Below the pieces are notes generated by a model, which saw only the letters and a program-made list of their open reading frames with translations, ran no database searches and had not been told where the DNA came from. Positions 49,952 to 60,017 of a DNA stretch of 64,000 nt are shown piece after piece (position 1 is the first letter of the stretch; every line of letters begins with the position of its first letter). The position numbers and the translations under genes are program-made. The DNA comes from Candidatus Zixiibacteriota bacterium (GTDB taxonomy: Bacteria > Zixibacteria > MSB-5A5 > UM-FILTER-46-8), in NCBI GenBank assembly GCA_026983835.1, contig JALSTH010000104.1:3862-67861 (forward strand), given 5' to 3'.

Positions 49952-51334
49952 CTAAACCGTATTTAAAAGTGTATCTATCATCGAATCCATCGTATCTATT
50001 ATCTTTGCGGCCGCATTATATGCATTTTGGTAAGAGATCATATTAGCCATTTCTTCATCCAAAGAAACGCCGGATACCGCTTGTTGTCGATATTGAATTT
50101 GGCTAACCAAGAGGTCGTGATTGTCTTTCAAATTGGATGCTTCCTGCGCCCGAGAACCTATTTCACCTATAAGCGAATTGTAATAATCATCGAAAGTGGA
50201 TGTCCCGTTATCCATTAATTTCTCGTCTTTGAGAGCAAGTATTGCTAAAATATTCGAGTTATCCCCTTCGGAACCATCTTGTGAGATGGCTATATTATCG
50301 GCATTCTCCTTAATCTCATCCGATAATTGGATGGTATCCGCCGTAATGCCCAATGGGTTAAAGAAATTAATTCCCGTGGAACCATCGCTTGTATATCCTG
50401 CAGAGTGAACGGCATTTATAGAACTCACTAATTCGGCGGCATAATCGTTCAATTGCTGGAGTTTCTCCGGGATTATTTCATCGCGAGCTTCAATTAATCC
50501 CTTTAATTTCCCATCGGTAACATTTATCTCAACGGAATGTGCTGTGGACAATACTATTTTGGTTTTAACAGAATCGCCATCACTTGTAATTTTCGTTTCC
50601 CACGGAACATAATCACCCTGATTTATAATGGATACCGAACCCGCATAAACCGTAATAGCTCCATTATCCTCTTCCTGAGTTCTGACATTAACGAGCCCTG
50701 AGAGCTCATCCACTAAATAGTCCCGTTTATCCCGGAGGTCATTGGCGGTCTCCCCCCCAACCTCATATTTAACTATATCCGAATTTAAATCCGCTATTTG
50801 TTGAAGGTAGCCATTAATCTGGAATACGGTGCTGTTGATATCGGAATTAAGCGTATCCTTAAGATCCGTTAATTGACCGCTTATACTATGGAAAGTATCG
50901 ATGACTGTCGATGCTTTTTCTTTTACGGCGGTTTTGGCAGACATACTTTCCGGATCATCGGCGAGATCCTGCCAGGCGCTCCAAAAATCGCTCATCATTT
51001 GGGACAGCCCGGAATCCGACGGCTCATTGAATATCATCTCTATTTGACTCCATGTTTGGTCAAGATTCTCCCATCGTCCCAAACCTTGATTTTCCTTCCT
51101 AAACTGTGTGTCGAGGAATAGCGATCTCATTCTGCGTATACCGGTTGCTTCAACCCCGGTTCCACCATAAGCGTTTGCGATTTTTATCGGGTATGTACTC
51201 GCCATTTTGATATTCTGGCGGGTGTATCCCGGGGTATTTACATTTGCGATATTATGACCCGTGACATTAATAGCAAATTGCTGGGCCAACAACGCCCGCT
51301 TGGCAATCTCAAATCCTATATTAATTCCATACAT
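49952..51334 (-). CDS. flgK: Flagellar hook-associated protein 1 FlgK
   Basis: [39 protein letters not shown]-terminus and C-terminal [17 protein letters not shown]. Confidence 0.9.
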   Translation of the reverse strand: MYGINIGFEIAKRALLAQQFAINVTGHNIANVNTPGYTRQNIKMASTYPIKIANAYGGTGVEATGIRRMRSLFLDTQFRKENQGLGRWENLDQTWSQIEMIFNEPSDSGLSQMMSDFWSAWQDLADDPESMSAKTAVKEKASTVIDTFHSISGQLTDLKDTLNSDINSTVFQINGYLQQIADLNSDIVKYEVGGETANDLRDKRDYLVDELSGLVNVRTQEEDNGAITVYAGSVSIINQGDYVPWETKITSDGDSVKTKIVLSTAHSVEINVTDGKLKGLIEARDEIIPEKLQQLNDYAAELVSSINAVHSAGYTSDGSTGINFFNPLGITADTIQLSDEIKENADNIAISQDGSEGDNSNILAILALKDEKLMDNGTSTFDDYYNSLIGEIGSRAQEASNLKDNHDLLVSQIQYRQQAVSGVSLDEEMANMISYQNAYNAAAKIIDTMDSMIDTLLNTV

Positions 51335-51343
51335 AATTTTAGC

Positions 51344-51850
51344 CTATACAACCCTATTAAGTGCCAAATTCGATTCCGTATTAAATGATGGCCTGACACC
51401 CGCGGCATCGTATGAAGGTTTACCACGGTCGTCGGTATAATAAAATATCTTCATCGTATCGTTGACGATTTCCATCGATCGTTTTATCAGCGCCTCATTT
51501 TGATTTCGTAGTTCCTTTAATTTTTCCAACGAATTTATTAAGTCCCCGCGGAGCTCCATTAAACGCTTCGAATATGCCGGCCCCACACTATTACAAATAT
51601 CGATCAAGCGTAATTCATTGTCTTCCAATCCAAGTTCATTACTTATATTTTTCAATAATGAAATCCTGTCTTTTTCGAGATTCTTTGTTCTCGTAATCAA
51701 ACGATTTTGTAAATTCATATTTTCCTTTAATGAATTCACATCATCATAAACCAAACTCTTTCGTTGGGCGGTCAGCAGTTGTTGTAGCTCCTCAAGGTTC
51801 TTGATCTGTTTATCGAGATTATTTATAAGTGTTTCCAAAATATCGCCCAA
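51344..51850 (-). CDS. FlgN-like flagellar export chaperone (candidate)
   Basis: 168 aa. All-helical, sits immediately upstream of flgK, with FlgN-like size and heptad pattern. Confidence 0.5.
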   Translation of the reverse strand: MGDILETLINNLDKQIKNLEELQQLLTAQRKSLVYDDVNSLKENMNLQNRLITRTKNLEKDRISLLKNISNELGLEDNELRLIDICNSVGPAYSKRLMELRGDLINSLEKLKELRNQNEALIKRSMEIVNDTMKIFYYTDDRGKPSYDAAGVRPSFNTESNLALNRVV

Positions 51851-51863
51851 TTAAACCTCCTAT

Positions 51864-52724
51864 CTAAAAATCGGCATTTTTACCAATATCCTTAACCGAA
51901 TATTCCTCCGAATTTCTTGAATAGCTGATATTTAACCGTTTTAATATGTCTGCCACATAATCCATAGTTTCTTTATATGGAGGGATGCCATTATATCTAT
52001 CCACGGACGATGGTCCGGCATTGTAAGCCGCTAATGCCAATGCTATATTGCCTTTGTACTTGTCAAGCATAAGGCGGAGATATTTGGCACCACCATTTAT
52101 GTTTTGATAAGGATTGAACGGATCCGAGACACCCATTTGTGCAGCCGTTGAATCCGCTAACTGCATTAACCCCTTTGCCCCTTGCGGAGAAACGGCTTTC
52201 GTATCCCCGCTGGATTCAACCTCAATAACAGCTGATAGAAGTTTCGGTGATAGGTTATATTTATGAGCTACTTCACGAATAATATGGGAATATTCACCGT
52301 TTTTATAATTATCTCCAACAGGGTTGCTTCCATCAAGAAGTTTAATCATTTTTGCATTTTGTGGGATAACATCCTCGCTAAAGGCGTCCTTCCAGCTATC
52401 CCCTAAAGCCGCCGGTGCGAGCTGCCTAAAGAGCATCTCATCCAATCCCAACTTGGAATCACCGCTGATTTCTTCGGCTAATTTCGTATCGAATAAGTCT
52501 GTGAACATTTCCCCCCCATATCCTTTGCCCAATAAACCTGATTTGGAAATCGTCCGCCTCATCGTTTTCAAGATATACCCTAAAAATATCGCTTGAAAAT
52601 CACGGCATGTTTTCCGCAGTTCGGCAGCCTTTTGTTTTGTCGATTTCTCACCTTTATTAATTGAATTACTTTGTTTAATGGATATTTGAGGGTTGGACGA
52701 ATCAATTGACGAGGTGTTTATCAT
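51864..52724 (-). CDS. flgJ: FlgJ-type rod-assembly protein: N-terminal rod-binding domain fused to a C-terminal SLT lytic transglycosylase domain
   Basis: Rod_binding motif KTCRDFQAIFLGYILKTMRR. SLT motif AVIEVESSGDTKAVSPQGAKGLMQL...AYNAGP with a catalytic Glu. Confidence 0.8.
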   Translation of the reverse strand: MINTSSIDSSNPQISIKQSNSINKGEKSTKQKAAELRKTCRDFQAIFLGYILKTMRRTISKSGLLGKGYGGEMFTDLFDTKLAEEISGDSKLGLDEMLFRQLAPAALGDSWKDAFSEDVIPQNAKMIKLLDGSNPVGDNYKNGEYSHIIREVAHKYNLSPKLLSAVIEVESSGDTKAVSPQGAKGLMQLADSTAAQMGVSDPFNPYQNINGGAKYLRLMLDKYKGNIALALAAYNAGPSSVDRYNGIPPYKETMDYVADILKRLNISYSRNSEEYSVKDIGKNADF

Positions 52725-52730
52725 ATCTTT

Positions 52731-53837
52731 CTATAGAATTATCAATTCGGCGTGAAGTGCGCCCGCAGATTTTAAAGCTTGGAATATGGCAATAATATCC
52801 CGAGGCGTCGCACCGATAGCATTTAGCGCCCGGGAAAGCTCACTGACATCGGTTTGTTCGTTTAAATAAATCATCCGAGCTGTTTCTTCTTTCGCATTTA
52901 TCTCCGTCTCCGCAGTCTTAACTGTTTTCCCCTGAGAAAATGATTCGGGTTGTGAAATAATCGGTGTAGATTTTATTTTAACCGTTAGATTGCCGTGAGA
53001 AAGCGCCACTGCATCGATGCTTACCCCCGCCCCAGCAACTATTGTCCCCGTTCTTTCGTTTATAACTACCCTCGCGGGAGAACTTGGTTCTATATCGATA
53101 TTTTCCAATTCGGCGATGATCGAAACCATCTCGCCCGAAGTGATATCATCCTTTTGAGGGATGACATTTATGGTCTTTTCACTAATTGCTTCCGCACTAC
53201 AGTATTTAATCTTTTCCTTTATTTTATCGGATAATAATGAAGCGGTTGTATAATCTGGAGTATCCAATTGAATTTTAATTATCTTATTATCTTGTAGGAA
53301 CTCGAAGCGCTTTTCAATCAATCCTCCACCCGGAACACGCCCAACAAGGGTATAATTTTTTGAGATCTTATTGCCCCCCGCCGCTTGAGCATTAAACCCG
53401 CCGGTTGATACTGCTCCCTGTGCCCAGACCATCACATCTCCGTTTGGCGCTGACAGAGGAGTAAGCAACAACATCCCTCCCTCGAGACTGGACGCATCGC
53501 CCATCGAGGAAACGGTTACATCGATTCTACCTCCAACAGGGTCAAGCGGGGTTATCTCAGCGGTAACCATCACGGCGGCAATGTTTTTAACCTTAACCTT
53601 ATTGGGAGGAAGAGATATTCCCATCCTCTGCATCATATTATTCAAGGATTGAAGTGTAAATATCGTTCCCTTACTATCGCCGGATCCGTTTAAGCCAACA
53701 ACCAATCCATAACCGATTAAGGGAACTTTTACCTTAGATTGAATTTCGGCGATATTTTTCAGTTTTACACCGAAAGCAATATTTACGCTGAATAGAATTG
53801 ATATCAGGATTAAAATTATAATAGTTTTTGGTTTCAT
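52731..53837 (-). CDS. flgI: Flagellar P-ring protein FlgI
   Basis: Signal peptide and KLKNIAEIQSKVKVPLIGYGLVVGLNGSGD N-terminus. Length 368 aa. Confidence 0.9.
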   Translation of the reverse strand: MKPKTIIILILISILFSVNIAFGVKLKNIAEIQSKVKVPLIGYGLVVGLNGSGDSKGTIFTLQSLNNMMQRMGISLPPNKVKVKNIAAVMVTAEITPLDPVGGRIDVTVSSMGDASSLEGGMLLLTPLSAPNGDVMVWAQGAVSTGGFNAQAAGGNKISKNYTLVGRVPGGGLIEKRFEFLQDNKIIKIQLDTPDYTTASLLSDKIKEKIKYCSAEAISEKTINVIPQKDDITSGEMVSIIAELENIDIEPSSPARVVINERTGTIVAGAGVSIDAVALSHGNLTVKIKSTPIISQPESFSQGKTVKTAETEINAKEETARMIYLNEQTDVSELSRALNAIGATPRDIIAIFQALKSAGALHAELIIL

Positions 53838-53847
53838 TTTGCCCTGT

Positions 53848-54444
53848 TTAAAATAACCAGTTTAAAAATTTAGCGATTATGCCCGGCTTACCACCGGTGT
53901 TTGCAACCCCTTTTCCTTTATAGGATATTTCCGCATTTGCGATATTATATGAATAAACCGTATTTTTTCCCTCTATATCTTGAGGCCTAATTTCACCTTT
54001 AAGAGTTATCGCTTCCTTATCGTCATTGACGCCGATTACACGGGTTCCTTTAATCAAAAAGTTACCGTTTTCCTTAACCCCCACAATAGTTGCTGTCATC
54101 TTTGCCTTAAGGGATCCCGACTTAATAGTTGAGCCCTGTCCGTCGTATTCATTTTTGCCCTCTCCGGAAAAATTAAATAAGGGAATAAAACCCAATGCGC
54201 CTGTTCCCGGACCTCCTTTGGCTTCGGTTTTTTGTTTCTTCTTGGTTACGGTTTTAGCCGAATGAGAAGCTTCGGCGTTTTCCACTATGAGAACCGTAAG
54301 CAAATCCCCGACTTTCCTTGCTTTATGGTCGGAGAACAAACTATTGTTTGCAGCTTCGGTGAAATTCAGCCCGGATCCTGTTGCGATTTGAAAAGACACT
54401 CCAATATAAAATATCAGAATTATGAAATTCTTTAGAGCCTTCAT
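53848..54444 (-). CDS. flgH: Flagellar L-ring protein FlgH
   Basis: SLFSDHKARKVGDLLTVLIVENAEAS...VGVKENGNFLIKGTRVIGVNDDKEAITLKGEIRP. The L-ring implies an outer membrane. Confidence 0.85.
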   Translation of the reverse strand: MKALKNFIILIFYIGVSFQIATGSGLNFTEAANNSLFSDHKARKVGDLLTVLIVENAEASHSAKTVTKKKQKTEAKGGPGTGALGFIPLFNFSGEGKNEYDGQGSTIKSGSLKAKMTATIVGVKENGNFLIKGTRVIGVNDDKEAITLKGEIRPQDIEGKNTVYSYNIANAEISYKGKGVANTGGKPGIIAKFLNWLF

Positions 54445-55184
54445 CTGAGTATTGATACCTCCACTTCGCCATTATCGGACAACCGGCCTTTAATAGTTTT
54501 TCTGGAAGCCAAATTTTTAACTCTTATAAATTTACCCGGATTACCATCCTCCTTAGCGATACCTTCGGCAAATACCTCAAGGTTATCGATTTTAGAGACG
54601 ATTTTTACCCTATCCCCTTTTTTTATTCTTGGAATTATTTCAGTTGCCGAAGAACCAATTATGGCACCATCACCGAAGTTTCTCTTCGAACGCATACCTT
54701 TCAATTTAGACACATCATATATCGGCTTCCCGTTAAAACCCAATATATCCCTTTCAACCAATCGGCAATTTTCCTTATTAAAAGTATCTCCCTTTTTTAT
54801 AACACCTCTTGAACAAATCACTTTCTTTTTCTCCGAAATTCTAAGCGTTATATAAGAGAATACCGGTTCTCCTTTTATCTTCCCATATAATCCATTTTTG
54901 ACCTTGAAAGAATGTATTATCAGCGTCAAAGTCTTTCGAAGCTTTTTAGGAATCTTGCCCTCTATGAAAAGAGGTTGGCTGTTCGGTAAATGCAAGATGG
55001 TCTGTGGATATTTAGTAACCTTAAAACTGATATCATTCATTTTATCGGGAATGTTTTTTAGCAAATAATCGCTTACAGCTTTATCTATATTGCTTTTGTC
55101 CATTCCAAAGGCGGCGGAAACAAGGAACAATACGCTAAGTATCGGTAGAAATCTTTTCATATTATCTTCGTAATTGATTGACAA
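54441..55184 (-). CDS. flgA: Flagellar P-ring assembly chaperone FlgA (SAF domain)
   Basis: Signal peptide. C-terminal SAF-like segment GDRVKIVSKIDNLEVFAEGIAKEDGNPGKFIRVKNLASRKTIKG. Confidence 0.75.
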   Translation of the reverse strand: MSINYEDNMKRFLPILSVLFLVSAAFGMDKSNIDKAVSDYLLKNIPDKMNDISFKVTKYPQTILHLPNSQPLFIEGKIPKKLRKTLTLIIHSFKVKNGLYGKIKGEPVFSYITLRISEKKKVICSRGVIKKGDTFNKENCRLVERDILGFNGKPIYDVSKLKGMRSKRNFGDGAIIGSSATEIIPRIKKGDRVKIVSKIDNLEVFAEGIAKEDGNPGKFIRVKNLASRKTIKGRLSDNGEVEVSILR

Positions 55185-55950
55185 TGGCAGCCATATCGTC
55201 AGAGGTCTGAATTGCCTTCGAATTTATTTCATACGACCGTTGAGCCACAATCATATTAACCATTTCATTTATGACATCCACATTCGATAATTCGAGATAT
55301 CCCTGAACGATTCTCCCAAACCCTTCCTCCGAAGGCGTACCGCTAATCGGTGTTCCGGAAGATGCGGATTCCGTGAAAAGGTTGTGTCCCTTAGCATCCA
55401 ATCCTTGGGGATTAATAAATTTTGTAAGCTCGATTTGGCCTATATCGGTAGGATCGCTCTCCCCGGGCATCATTACCGAAACAATGCCGTCCATAGATAT
55501 GCTAATTGATTCCGCCTCGGCCGGTATTGTTATTTCGGGATCAATTATAAAACCATCGCTGGTTACAATTCGTCCATCATCCGATATTTTCAAGGCACCA
55601 TCGCGAGTATAAGCATAACTTCCATCGGGCATCACGACCCTAAAAAATCCTTGTCCCTCTATGCATAAATCGAGGGGATTTTCCGTGGAGGTCATATTCC
55701 CTTGATTGAAATTACGGGCGGTAGCCGACGGTCTCACGCCATAGCCTAATTCGATATTAACAGGGACTTTCGATTCCGAACTTGATGCTGTACCCGCCAA
55801 ACGCAATTTTTGATAAAGTATGTCCTGAAACTCTATTCTCCCTTTCTTAAATCCGGTTGTATTAACATTGGCTAAATTGTTGGCGATATTATCGACATTC
55901 ATCTGTTGAGCTTCCATTCCGGAAGCCGCCGTTCGCATAGCTTTTATCAT
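55162..55950 (-). CDS. flgG: Flagellar distal rod protein FlgG
   Basis: MIKAMRTAASGMEAQQMNVDNIANNLANVNTTGFKK N-terminus and C-terminal LELSNVDVINEMVNMIVAQRSYEINSKAIQTSDDM. Confidence 0.9.
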   Translation of the reverse strand: MIKAMRTAASGMEAQQMNVDNIANNLANVNTTGFKKGRIEFQDILYQKLRLAGTASSSESKVPVNIELGYGVRPSATARNFNQGNMTSTENPLDLCIEGQGFFRVVMPDGSYAYTRDGALKISDDGRIVTSDGFIIDPEITIPAEAESISISMDGIVSVMMPGESDPTDIGQIELTKFINPQGLDAKGHNLFTESASSGTPISGTPSEEGFGRIVQGYLELSNVDVINEMVNMIVAQRSYEINSKAIQTSDDMAAIVNQLRR

Positions 55951-55975
55951 AATTACCCTCTTCGATTATTCCCCA

Positions 55976-56704
55976 TTATCTAATATTGCCGAGATTATTG
56001 ATGGAGCGTTGAGCAACTCCGTCAAGTATCTGAACCATTTTTTGTTTAATTTCAAATTCCCGAAAACTTGTTATCATATCCACCATTTGATTTAAAGCCG
56101 AGCTGTTTGATTCCTCCAAATATCCCTGCCGAACATTATAATCGGTTGCCGTTTGAGGTTCTATCCCGTCCGGAGCCGTAAATTCGGTATTCCCCGCTTT
56201 GACAAGGTTTTCCGGATTATTAAATTTTACAATTTTTATTTTGGCGAGCGTTTCGCCATTTGTTTCAATATTCCCTTCGACATCGATGGAAGGATTGTTC
56301 GTATCCAGAATAATCGGACCTGAATCCGATAATACTTTATCACCATTGGCGGTAACCAAGGCTCCCGACGGATCAAGGCGAAAACTTCCATCACGAGTAT
56401 ATTTAATTCCATTTTCGGTTTCGATGGTAAAGAAGCCCTCACCTTCTATGGACAAATCCAAAGGCATATCCGTTTTACGGAAGGATGATTGTGTCATATC
56501 AATTATATGTCTTTCTTTTATCGGCGCTTCCCAATCGTAATCTTTGGGGAGATATTTCTGCTCCGCCTTCGAAACAGCCTCCGCGAATATCCCATCCTTT
56601 TTATATCCTATGGTGCCGCTATTCGCGAGATTGTTAGCAATGGCTTCCTGCTTAAAAGCATTGGTGAACATACTGGTCGCAGCCTCATACAATCCTTTAA
56701 TCAT
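55976..56704 (-). CDS. flgF: Flagellar proximal rod protein FlgF
   Basis: MIKGLYEAATSMFTNAFKQEAIANNLANSGTIGYKKD N-terminus and C-terminal rod-family helix LEESNSSALNQMVDMITSFREFEI. Confidence 0.8.
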   Translation of the reverse strand: MIKGLYEAATSMFTNAFKQEAIANNLANSGTIGYKKDGIFAEAVSKAEQKYLPKDYDWEAPIKERHIIDMTQSSFRKTDMPLDLSIEGEGFFTIETENGIKYTRDGSFRLDPSGALVTANGDKVLSDSGPIILDTNNPSIDVEGNIETNGETLAKIKIVKFNNPENLVKAGNTEFTAPDGIEPQTATDYNVRQGYLEESNSSALNQMVDMITSFREFEIKQKMVQILDGVAQRSINNLGNIR

Positions 56705-56751
56705 CTATATATCCTTCCTTGACTTTTCGATTGTAGCCGATATATATCAAA

Positions 56752-56766
56752 GCAATTATTGTGCCG
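56752..56766 (-). promoter_or_regulatory. Sigma-54 (RpoN) -24/-12 element upstream of the flgF operon
   Basis: Minus strand reads cGGCACaataaTTGCt, with invariant GG and GC at correct spacing. The -12 element is about 48 nt upstream of the flgF ATG, which has a strong Shine-Dalgarno (AAGGAAGG). Confidence 0.55.
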
Positions 56767-56987
56767 TGATAAAAGATGATATTGGAAACAATTTATTTTA
56801 TGTAATCAGTTGGTGCTTATGGGGAATCTTAATGGGCAAATTAATTTTTTCTCACTTAACGGAATTAAATTTAATACATAAGGAAAAAAGTTTTTATGAC
56901 TATGAATCTTTTTCCCCCCGATACAAAAACATTTATTGGCATATATTTTTGGTTCGTTTGCCCCAAAATGCAAGGGGGTCAATAAAA

Positions 56988-57428
56988 TTATTTACCTGTC
57001 GATTGTTCCTTTTTGTTGGTGGAATTCAATCGCCAAATGGTCTTCTCAACAACCAGGGATATCTCGTGAGTTTTGAAGGGTTTTGTTATATACTCATCTG
57101 CACCCAACAGTAGAGCATCTTTTACCGTAAATATTTCCCCATAGCCGGTCATAATAATCACGCCGATTTTTGGATTCTCGGCTTTAAGTCTTTTTAGAAG
57201 CTCGAACCCGTTCATTTTAGGCATCTTGATATCAGAGATTACCAAATCTATTCTTTCGGTTTTGACTATCTCGAGGGCATCAAATCCGTTTTGCGCTTTT
57301 ATGACATCATAGCCATCTTTTTTTAATATCGTCTCCAAAAGTTTTAGCATTGGAGCTTCATCGTCAACCACCAGTATTCTCATTTTATATTCCACAATTT
57401 CCTCTAAGTTAAAATAATTCCATTTCAT
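56988..57428 (-). CDS. Single-domain response regulator receiver (CheY-like)
   Basis: ILVVDDE, VISDIKMPKMNG, IIMTGY, TKPF. Confidence 0.8.
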   Translation of the reverse strand: MKWNYFNLEEIVEYKMRILVVDDEAPMLKLLETILKKDGYDVIKAQNGFDALEIVKTERIDLVISDIKMPKMNGFELLKRLKAENPKIGVIIMTGYGEIFTVKDALLLGADEYITKPFKTHEISLVVEKTIWRLNSTNKKEQSTGK

Positions 57429-57470
57429 AGATGTAAAATTCGATAAACAATTAATCCATAATGTATCACC

Positions 57471-57866
57471 TCAAGACTGCTTCTCGGGATTCAATCGTTT
57501 TAAAAGATTAACGACCCGTTTGATATCAGCCATCATCAAAGAAAATGAATTTTCTATTTCTCTTAAAGTTTTCAAATCGAATTCATATCTCTTTTTAAAG
57601 GAGCTATAATCGAAGGAGTTTAATCCCTCCGTTGCTAATTTGGACAGCTCTTCTATTTTAGAGGTGGCATCTGATGATTTGGTTGCCAGATCATTCAACG
57701 CCTTTCCAAGCTCACTTTGTCTGCCATAATTTTTCCCAATCATCTTAGCGGCTATCGATATATTGATGGCGGAGAATTGAGCTTGCTGCATAATTTCACG
57801 CAGATATTCGATTACATTCTTCAGCTCCTGCCCTTCCGGCGGTTTATCGATGGTTTTATTACTCAC
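57471..57866 (-). CDS. Hypothetical helical protein; faint resemblance to an MCP signalling-hairpin segment
   Basis: 131 aa. AINISIAAKMIGKNYGRQSELGKALNDLA loosely parallels the MCP motif [27 protein letters not shown]. The similarity is weak. Confidence 0.35.
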   Translation of the reverse strand: MSNKTIDKPPEGQELKNVIEYLREIMQQAQFSAINISIAAKMIGKNYGRQSELGKALNDLATKSSDATSKIEELSKLATEGLNSFDYSSFKKRYEFDLKTLREIENSFSLMMADIKRVVNLLKRLNPEKQS

Positions 57867-57879
57867 CGTTCCCCCCTTG

Positions 57880-58233
57880 TTATATTTTAAGCAATTCGCT
57901 TATTTTCTCTTTTAATTGTGCCAGATCGCTCGATTTAACAATGTATGCGTCCGCCAACCAAGAGGAAAAGTCATCCTTGTAAATTGAATATGCCGAATTG
58001 AGAATAACCGGAGTATCGGTATGTTTCCTGCGGAATTCATTCAAAACCTCCAATCCATCCATATCATCCATTTTGATATCAAGCACCATAAGGTCTATTT
58101 GATTATCTTGAGCGACCCTTAATGCTTCTGTACCGCTGTTTGCGATTAGGACATTATATCCTTCTTCGACCAACTCGTGCTCATAAAGTTTGCTTAGCAC
58201 TTTCTCGTCATCGACAACTAAAACATTATGCAT
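57880..58233 (-). CDS. Single-domain response regulator receiver
   Basis: VLVVDDE, LMVLDIKMDDMDG, ILNSAY, VKSS (receiver Lys present). 5 nt downstream of the kinase gene. Confidence 0.8.
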   Translation of the reverse strand: MHNVLVVDDEKVLSKLYEHELVEEGYNVLIANSGTEALRVAQDNQIDLMVLDIKMDDMDGLEVLNEFRRKHTDTPVILNSAYSIYKDDFSSWLADAYIVKSSDLAQLKEKISELLKI

Positions 58234-58238
58234 CCTTT

Positions 58239-59978
58239 TTACTCCTTGTATAATGGTAGTTTTATATAAACCGATAATGGTTTATCTTTCCCTTGCTCTA
58301 TTCCAATCATTCCAAGGTGTCTATTTATTATCTCATTGGCAATTGTCAGCACCGTATCGCGTTTCAGGGGGCTATTTCCATAAAGAGCTTCAAATATCGT
58401 ATTCGGATGTTTTTTACCCGTATCGGATATTTGGGGAATAAAATTAAGCAATACCGCTTCTCCCTCTATTTTTGTTGAGACTGAAATAGGAAAAGATTCC
58501 TTGTCATCTTTTATAAATTGTTTTGCCACAGATAAGATAGCGTTTCGTAATTGTGCCTCGCCGCCAAAGATTTTTGCATTACCTTCCATTTTGTTTATCT
58601 CAAATATCCTCATACCCGAAGAAGAATTGTTCTCGGCGATATTTATTACTCCCTTAACTAATTCCGAGAAGTTTATAATTGTTTTTTCCTCCGGAGCCGT
58701 TTTGGATAAACTGTCAAAAGTTTCGAGGACTTTTTCTATCCTCTCTACTTCCTTGATTATTATTTCCATAAATTCGGAGAATTTGTCATCATCATCCATT
58801 TTCCTTTTAATATTTTTGGCATACCCCCCGATTACCGATAAAGGATTACGGATTTCGTGTGCGACTTGAGAGGCCATCTTTCCTATAGCGGTCAACTTTT
58901 CGCTCTCGATTAATTTCTTCTGGCTCTCCCTAATTTTTTCATTCGCCGATGAAAGCTCATTTATCTTCTCCGCCAACTCTTCATACAAACGGGAACGCTG
59001 GATAGCCGTACCGGCATGGTTGGCAAAAATCCCCAATACTTCCAAATCGGAATCATCGACCGGTCTACGGGTTATCATATTATCCGCCAATAGTAAGCCT
59101 ACGATATTTCCCTCAACCATTAGTGGAGCTGCTGCAAAACAATCAATCCCCAAGATCTTGAACAAGGACCATCCATTTTCGGTCGAATCATTACAGGAGC
59201 CTTCTTTTATTATGCGCGGTTTTTTGTTGCGAATTACCTTTGATAGCTGCTCACATAAATTATCAATGGGGATAAATATTTCCCGCACCAACTCGTTTAC
59301 CTTAACATCCCTTTTTAGGGTAGCGTTCTTATAATTATTAATTAATTCATCCAACGATTTCGGCGATCCATCCAATTCCATCCAGATTGCAGCTGCTTCT
59401 TCCCCATCGGAGGGACCTATTGCGACCTCCCCCCTAAAAGCTTTATTCTCCGCATCGTAAAGTAGCAGGAATGCCCTATTGAAACCCAACCCCTCACCGG
59501 CGGTTGCTCCAATAAGGATTATTTTAAATGTATCTTCCAGCCTATACGAATGATCGAGCTTCCTCCCCAATTCATTTATAACCGCAGTAATATTATAATT
59601 CCTTATGGAATTGTCTGCGTTTTTACGGTTTGGCGATTGTGAGATCTGATATATTGCTGTTTCACCAAAACCAAAAGAATCGGAAGGTAAATGTGTTATA
59701 TAATACGGAGGCTCATCCTTCCCAATTGAGATTCGACATACTTTACTCCCGTCCTCCGAATTATTCCATTCGCCATCCTTAAATATACCGATTATATTAT
59801 CAATTAGTGTGGGCGAAATCTCATTCGAGGAATATTTATCGTTCAAGAGCCAAAACTCTTTGTTAGCCCATAAGAGATTATCGTTGCGAATAATCAATAT
59901 GGGATTTCGAACGCATTCCTTATCGCTGTCTGAGTAATTTCGGTCCTTTTCCTTTTTTTCCACAATAGCTTTAATCAT
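58239..59978 (-). CDS. GAF-domain sensor histidine kinase (cytoplasmic; ATP-lid motifs somewhat degenerate)
   Basis: Central GAF region, HisKA H-box MASQVAHEIRNPLSVIGGY, and N-box LRNAILSVAKQF. The G-boxes are weak. Confidence 0.7.
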   Translation of the reverse strand: MIKAIVEKKEKDRNYSDSDKECVRNPILIIRNDNLLWANKEFWLLNDKYSSNEISPTLIDNIIGIFKDGEWNNSEDGSKVCRISIGKDEPPYYITHLPSDSFGFGETAIYQISQSPNRKNADNSIRNYNITAVINELGRKLDHSYRLEDTFKIILIGATAGEGLGFNRAFLLLYDAENKAFRGEVAIGPSDGEEAAAIWMELDGSPKSLDELINNYKNATLKRDVKVNELVREIFIPIDNLCEQLSKVIRNKKPRIIKEGSCNDSTENGWSLFKILGIDCFAAAPLMVEGNIVGLLLADNMITRRPVDDSDLEVLGIFANHAGTAIQRSRLYEELAEKINELSSANEKIRESQKKLIESEKLTAIGKMASQVAHEIRNPLSVIGGYAKNIKRKMDDDDKFSEFMEIIIKEVERIEKVLETFDSLSKTAPEEKTIINFSELVKGVINIAENNSSSGMRIFEINKMEGNAKIFGGEAQLRNAILSVAKQFIKDDKESFPISVSTKIEGEAVLLNFIPQISDTGKKHPNTIFEALYGNSPLKRDTVLTIANEIINRHLGMIGIEQGKDKPLSVYIKLPLYKE

Positions 59979-60017
59979 TGGAAATCTTTTCCTCTAATAG
60001 CTTCTATGCAATTAGGA

